NCBI RefSeq assembly: GCF_009914755.1
Contig: NC_060929.1
Reading direction: 5' to 3' (one strand)
Length of the DNA: 64,000 nucleotides
Origin: the human T2T-CHM13v2.0 reference genome, Homo sapiens
Shown here: one piece after another, positions 54,560-64,000 of the stretch
Numbering within the stretch: position 1 is the first letter of the stretch
How the letters are laid out: every line of letters begins with the position of its first letter
The notes under the pieces: generated by a model
Told to the model about the DNA's origin: nothing
Seen by the model: the letters and a program-made list of their open reading frames with translations, nothing else
The model's database searches: none
Translations under genes and position numbers: made by a program

Positions 54560-55750
54560 GTTCTGTTTATTTACTAGATCCTAATTCCTCTCACCCAGTA
54601 AAGGACATTGCTCCAATAGTTCCTGCTCCCTAGCCCAGTTTTTAACCCTTCACTAAATCATTTCCATCAGCCTACTACAATGCCATTATTTGTAGCATCT
54701 TTAATAAAATGAACAAAAAACCCTTTTTGACTACTTTCCCCTCTATCTACTGCCCAATTTTTTAATAGCTAAACTTCTTAATAGCCATCTGTAAATTCTG
54801 TCCTCAACTTTTCCTTTACCACTCTGTCTTGAACTGGCCCCAATAAGGCTTTTGCCCACATGACTCCACCAAAACTATTATCAAAGCCAGCAAGTGTCCT
54901 CCATGTTGATCATTCCAAGGGTCAATCCTGAGTCCTCATCTTACCTGACCAGCAGCATTTTATGACACGGATCATTCCCTCCTCCTGGTTGCACCCTCTA
55001 CACTTGGTTGCCAGGACAGCATACCCTCTTGGTTTTCTTCTGTTTCTTCTCAGTATCTGGCTGATTTGGCCTTTACTGTCTAACCTCTCAGTGTTGGAAT
55101 GCCCAGGCTCTGTCCTGAGCCTGTTTTTCTTCTCTCTCCACACTCACTTTCTTAAAAATCTCATCTGTTTCCTGGGCCATAAATGCCACCTCTAATCTGA
55201 AAACTCATAAATGTATTTCTCCAACTCAAGCCTCTCTCTTGAACTCCTGACTCACATATCTAACTATCTAGTCAACATCTCCACTCGAATATCTACTGGG
55301 TATCTCAAACTGAATAGATCTCATAGAGAATTCCAGATCTTACTTTTCTAACCTACCTCATCTGCAGCCTTCATGGTAACTGCATCCTTTCATCTGCTCA
55401 GGTCAAAAGTCTTAGAGTTAGCTATGAATCTTCTCTCTCTGCCACATCTCACATCCAGTCTGTCAAGAGTTCCTGTTGGGTTCTCCCTTCAAATATATGC
55501 AGTATCTGACCACCCACCACTTCCTTGGTTACTGCCCTGTTCTGAACCACCATCCTTTCTCACCTGGCCTAACCCAATAACCTCCTCCCTATCTCTCTTC
55601 CTCTAACTTAAACTCCATAGTCCATTCTCAAAACAGCAGCCAGAGTGAGCTTCATAAATGTAAGACAGCTGCTATCATTCATCTGTTCAAAGTCCTGCAA
55701 TAACTTCCCATTTTACTCAGAACGAAAGTCAAAATTCTTACAAGAGGCTC
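54560..55750 (+). mobile_element. L2 fragment
   Basis: cctcatcttacctgaccagcagcattt...cattctcaaaacagcagccagagtgagc. Confidence 0.8.
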
Positions 55751-56229
55751 AACATTGCCTCTTTTAAGAGTGAAGCGTGCTGAATGGCCACAGAGAAAAG
55801 GGTGACCGCAGCAGATGCAGGAGCCAAAGCAGAAGGTCAGGCAAGGGAGTAGGACAAGGCAGCAGGACAAGCAGAAGCAGCATCTGGGTAGAGTGAAGGC
55901 ATCAGGCCAGCAGCAGCCCATGTGGGGGTGCCCAGCAGGGGACCTAGAGGCAGAAGCAGCAGACTGGAAGACAGGGAATGGGGGGTCCACATGAAGCAGC
56001 TATGGTGGGCATGGCAGGCAGAGAGGGTAAGCAGTGGCCGCCGTGTGAACAGTGGCTTAGGTGGAGCCCTGAGCCAAGCTCAGAGGATAGCAGCAGCCTG
56101 GTTGAAATCGAAGTGGTGGCCCAGAGCCAGGGGAAGCCCAGAGCAAAGCAAAGGAACATTACACACAGTGGCTTCTCTTGATTCATGACACTATGTAACA
56201 ACCTCTAAAAACCCTGGAGAGGTGTCCAT

Positions 56230-57890
56230 AGGAGAGAACCTTGAAAGAAGTCTAGAGTGGTACAGTTATTTGTGTGAGAGCTTTCAAACTAACGGGATTT
56301 CAGGCCTAAATATTAAGGTGATTTTATGCGTACCTACAAGCCAGGGAGTTATAGGGACATTCAGAGCTACATACTTGTTTATGACTGTCCTAAAAGAAAC
56401 TGTCTCATACAGTAGCAAGGTCAAGATTTCTGAAAAACAAACACAGAGGCTAATCCTGTGGGTGATTGAATTACAAGGCAATTTGAATTTACAACCCCAC
56501 AGGATCACTTTTGTTCAAGTACAACACTGATTGGGAAGAAGTGGGACTTTGGAAATTGGTATGAGGAGTCTATAGAAAGATTTGAATGAAGCTTGGTCAT
56601 TGACCTCTATGTTCCGCCAAGGCTCCTTTGCTTGCCCTACTTCCCTGCCTGAGAAAGTCAGTCTCCCCTTGCATGAAGAACCTGGAAGAGTGACTTTGTA
56701 AGAGACAAATCCTCCTCAGGACCTATCCCTACTATCTCTCATTGTTTCTAGACCTACAACCAGATTTAAATCACAGCAGGCCTCAGGAGGTCAGTTACCA
56801 AGTGTGACCTATGAGAAGGAACTAAACACACCAAAAAAAAAGGTAAGATCTTACCAATTGTGATTGATAAAAATGTGTGGAGCATGTTTGGCATCCCAAG
56901 AGTGTTGGATCAGGGTGGAAGGAATTTAAAATAGGATCAGGCCGAATTTATTGTTATGGGTACATGAAGCAGAGATTCTTGATTTGATGTGTTAGCTCAA
57001 GAAACTGAAAGTGGCTTTAACCATTTCCATGGCTGTTCACTGAAACCTGGAACCGAAGGATAATTGGTCCTGGGGTAGCAAGGATCAACTGGCCCTGTTT
57101 AATTGCCAAAGACAGGATGGGTATGGTTGACACAATTGGTGGCGAAGCGAAGTAGTAACCAGAAACGATTGTCTTGCAGAGATCTTTGGTGTTAGCTAAT
57201 TGCTCATGGTTGTCTCAAGTCTGAATTAGGTGGACAGTCTACTGAAGTCTCACTTTAGTATAGCAATTTAGTATCATTTGTATGTAGTATGATTTGAATA
57301 AGCAGGAAAGCTCTAGGTTTGATAAGCAGAAGTCTGCCTTTAATTACACAATAGTCTTGGCCCCTTAACAAATTCCTACACTTGAACCAATTCACAAATT
57401 TAGAGACCCTTGAATAAAGAGGAGGCCAAGTTCCTGAAGGAATAATCCTGATACATAGCCAAAAGTTTATGTCATAAATCTCCCTCCTCACCTTCCCTAA
57501 AGGGGCCTGCAGTCATTCATTTACCAGGGTGATATGCATTGGGGAAAGTGGAATAGCCAAACTTTGTAGAGATTACAGAACACTGGCTTTAAACTGGCAC
57601 TAATTCCTAGAGGACCAAAGCACCGCTATGGTCCACCAGCCAGAGTAGGGGCTTATGAATGAAGATCAGGTGATTATTGAAGTTTTGGCTGTGATTGGCT
57701 TCACAGCAAGTTCAGTAGGTTGTTGAACTCACCCTGTGGTTATTTATCCAATTCTGGCATGTTTAGTTGGAATAGACTTACTCAGCAGCTACCAGTACCC
57801 CTGCATTGGTTTCCTTACTCTTGGAGTGAAGGTTATTATAGTAGAAAGGCCAAATGAAAGCTACCACAACTGCCTCTACTTACCAAATAA
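56230..57890 (+). mobile_element. ERV-L internal remnant (degenerate gag and protease)
   Basis: Gag-like DQGGRNLK*DQAEFIVMG at ~56910-56960; protease-like LQNTGFKLALIP (cf. LLDTGSELTLIP) at ~57573-57608; many stops and frameshifts. Confidence 0.8.
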
Positions 57891-58115
57891 ATGCTCTCAC
57901 TGGTTTGCTTCCCTGATCAGACCCTAACTCATACAATTACTAAGTAAGACTATTTTAGAGCTTATCTGAGTTACTAATATGATTCTAGCTACATATAGTT
58001 AGGCATAAATATAAAATAAAGAAGACCAATGACCTGGTCAGTTCAGCAGCTGGCCAGTCCAGAGGGAACACCATCACATCATTAATATTCATGACATTTT
58101 AAAAGAAATTACAAG

Positions 58116-63852
<5,737 letters not shown>

Positions 63853-64000
63853 TCATCTTCCATATTATTGTTCTCTGATATTTTAATTTATTTTTAATTA
63901 TTTTATGTTTTGACTAGGCTGCACACAGTAAAAAAAAAAAGAAAAAAATTTTTTGAAAGCTACAAAAAGGTGTACAGTGGAAAGGCTTCTTCCCATCTCT

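Overview
Human (primate) genomic DNA, very Alu-rich. It contains the whole 5-exon gene LYRM7 (MZM1L, the mitochondrial complex III / Rieske Fe-S chaperone) on the + strand: CDS join(1998..2015,11071..11143,13225..13295,18024..18105,30527..30597) = 315 nt, 104 aa ([104 protein letters not shown]). The gene has a CpG-rich promoter at about 1.6-2.2 kb and a probable long, Alu-filled 3' UTR running to about 36.4 kb. The rest is intronic or intergenic repeat: dozens of Alus, plus L1/L2/MIR, Tigger1, Charlie1, MER44, MER46, MER30, solo LTRs and an ERV-L gag-pro remnant. Almost all ORFs in the supplied track are Alu or low-complexity artefacts. I found no new protein-coding system. The best leads are non-coding: a pre-miRNA-like hairpin at 47.9 kb, an Alu whose target-site duplication is the exon-2 polypyrimidine tract, an MST LTR with a strengthened splice donor, inverted Alus in the 3' UTR gated by alternative poly(A) signals, duplicated promoter modules, a triple STAT/GAS repeat, and several templated-insertion scars. 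Repeat family names were assigned by eye from remembered consensus sequences, and repeat boundaries are approximate unless TSDs are quoted.
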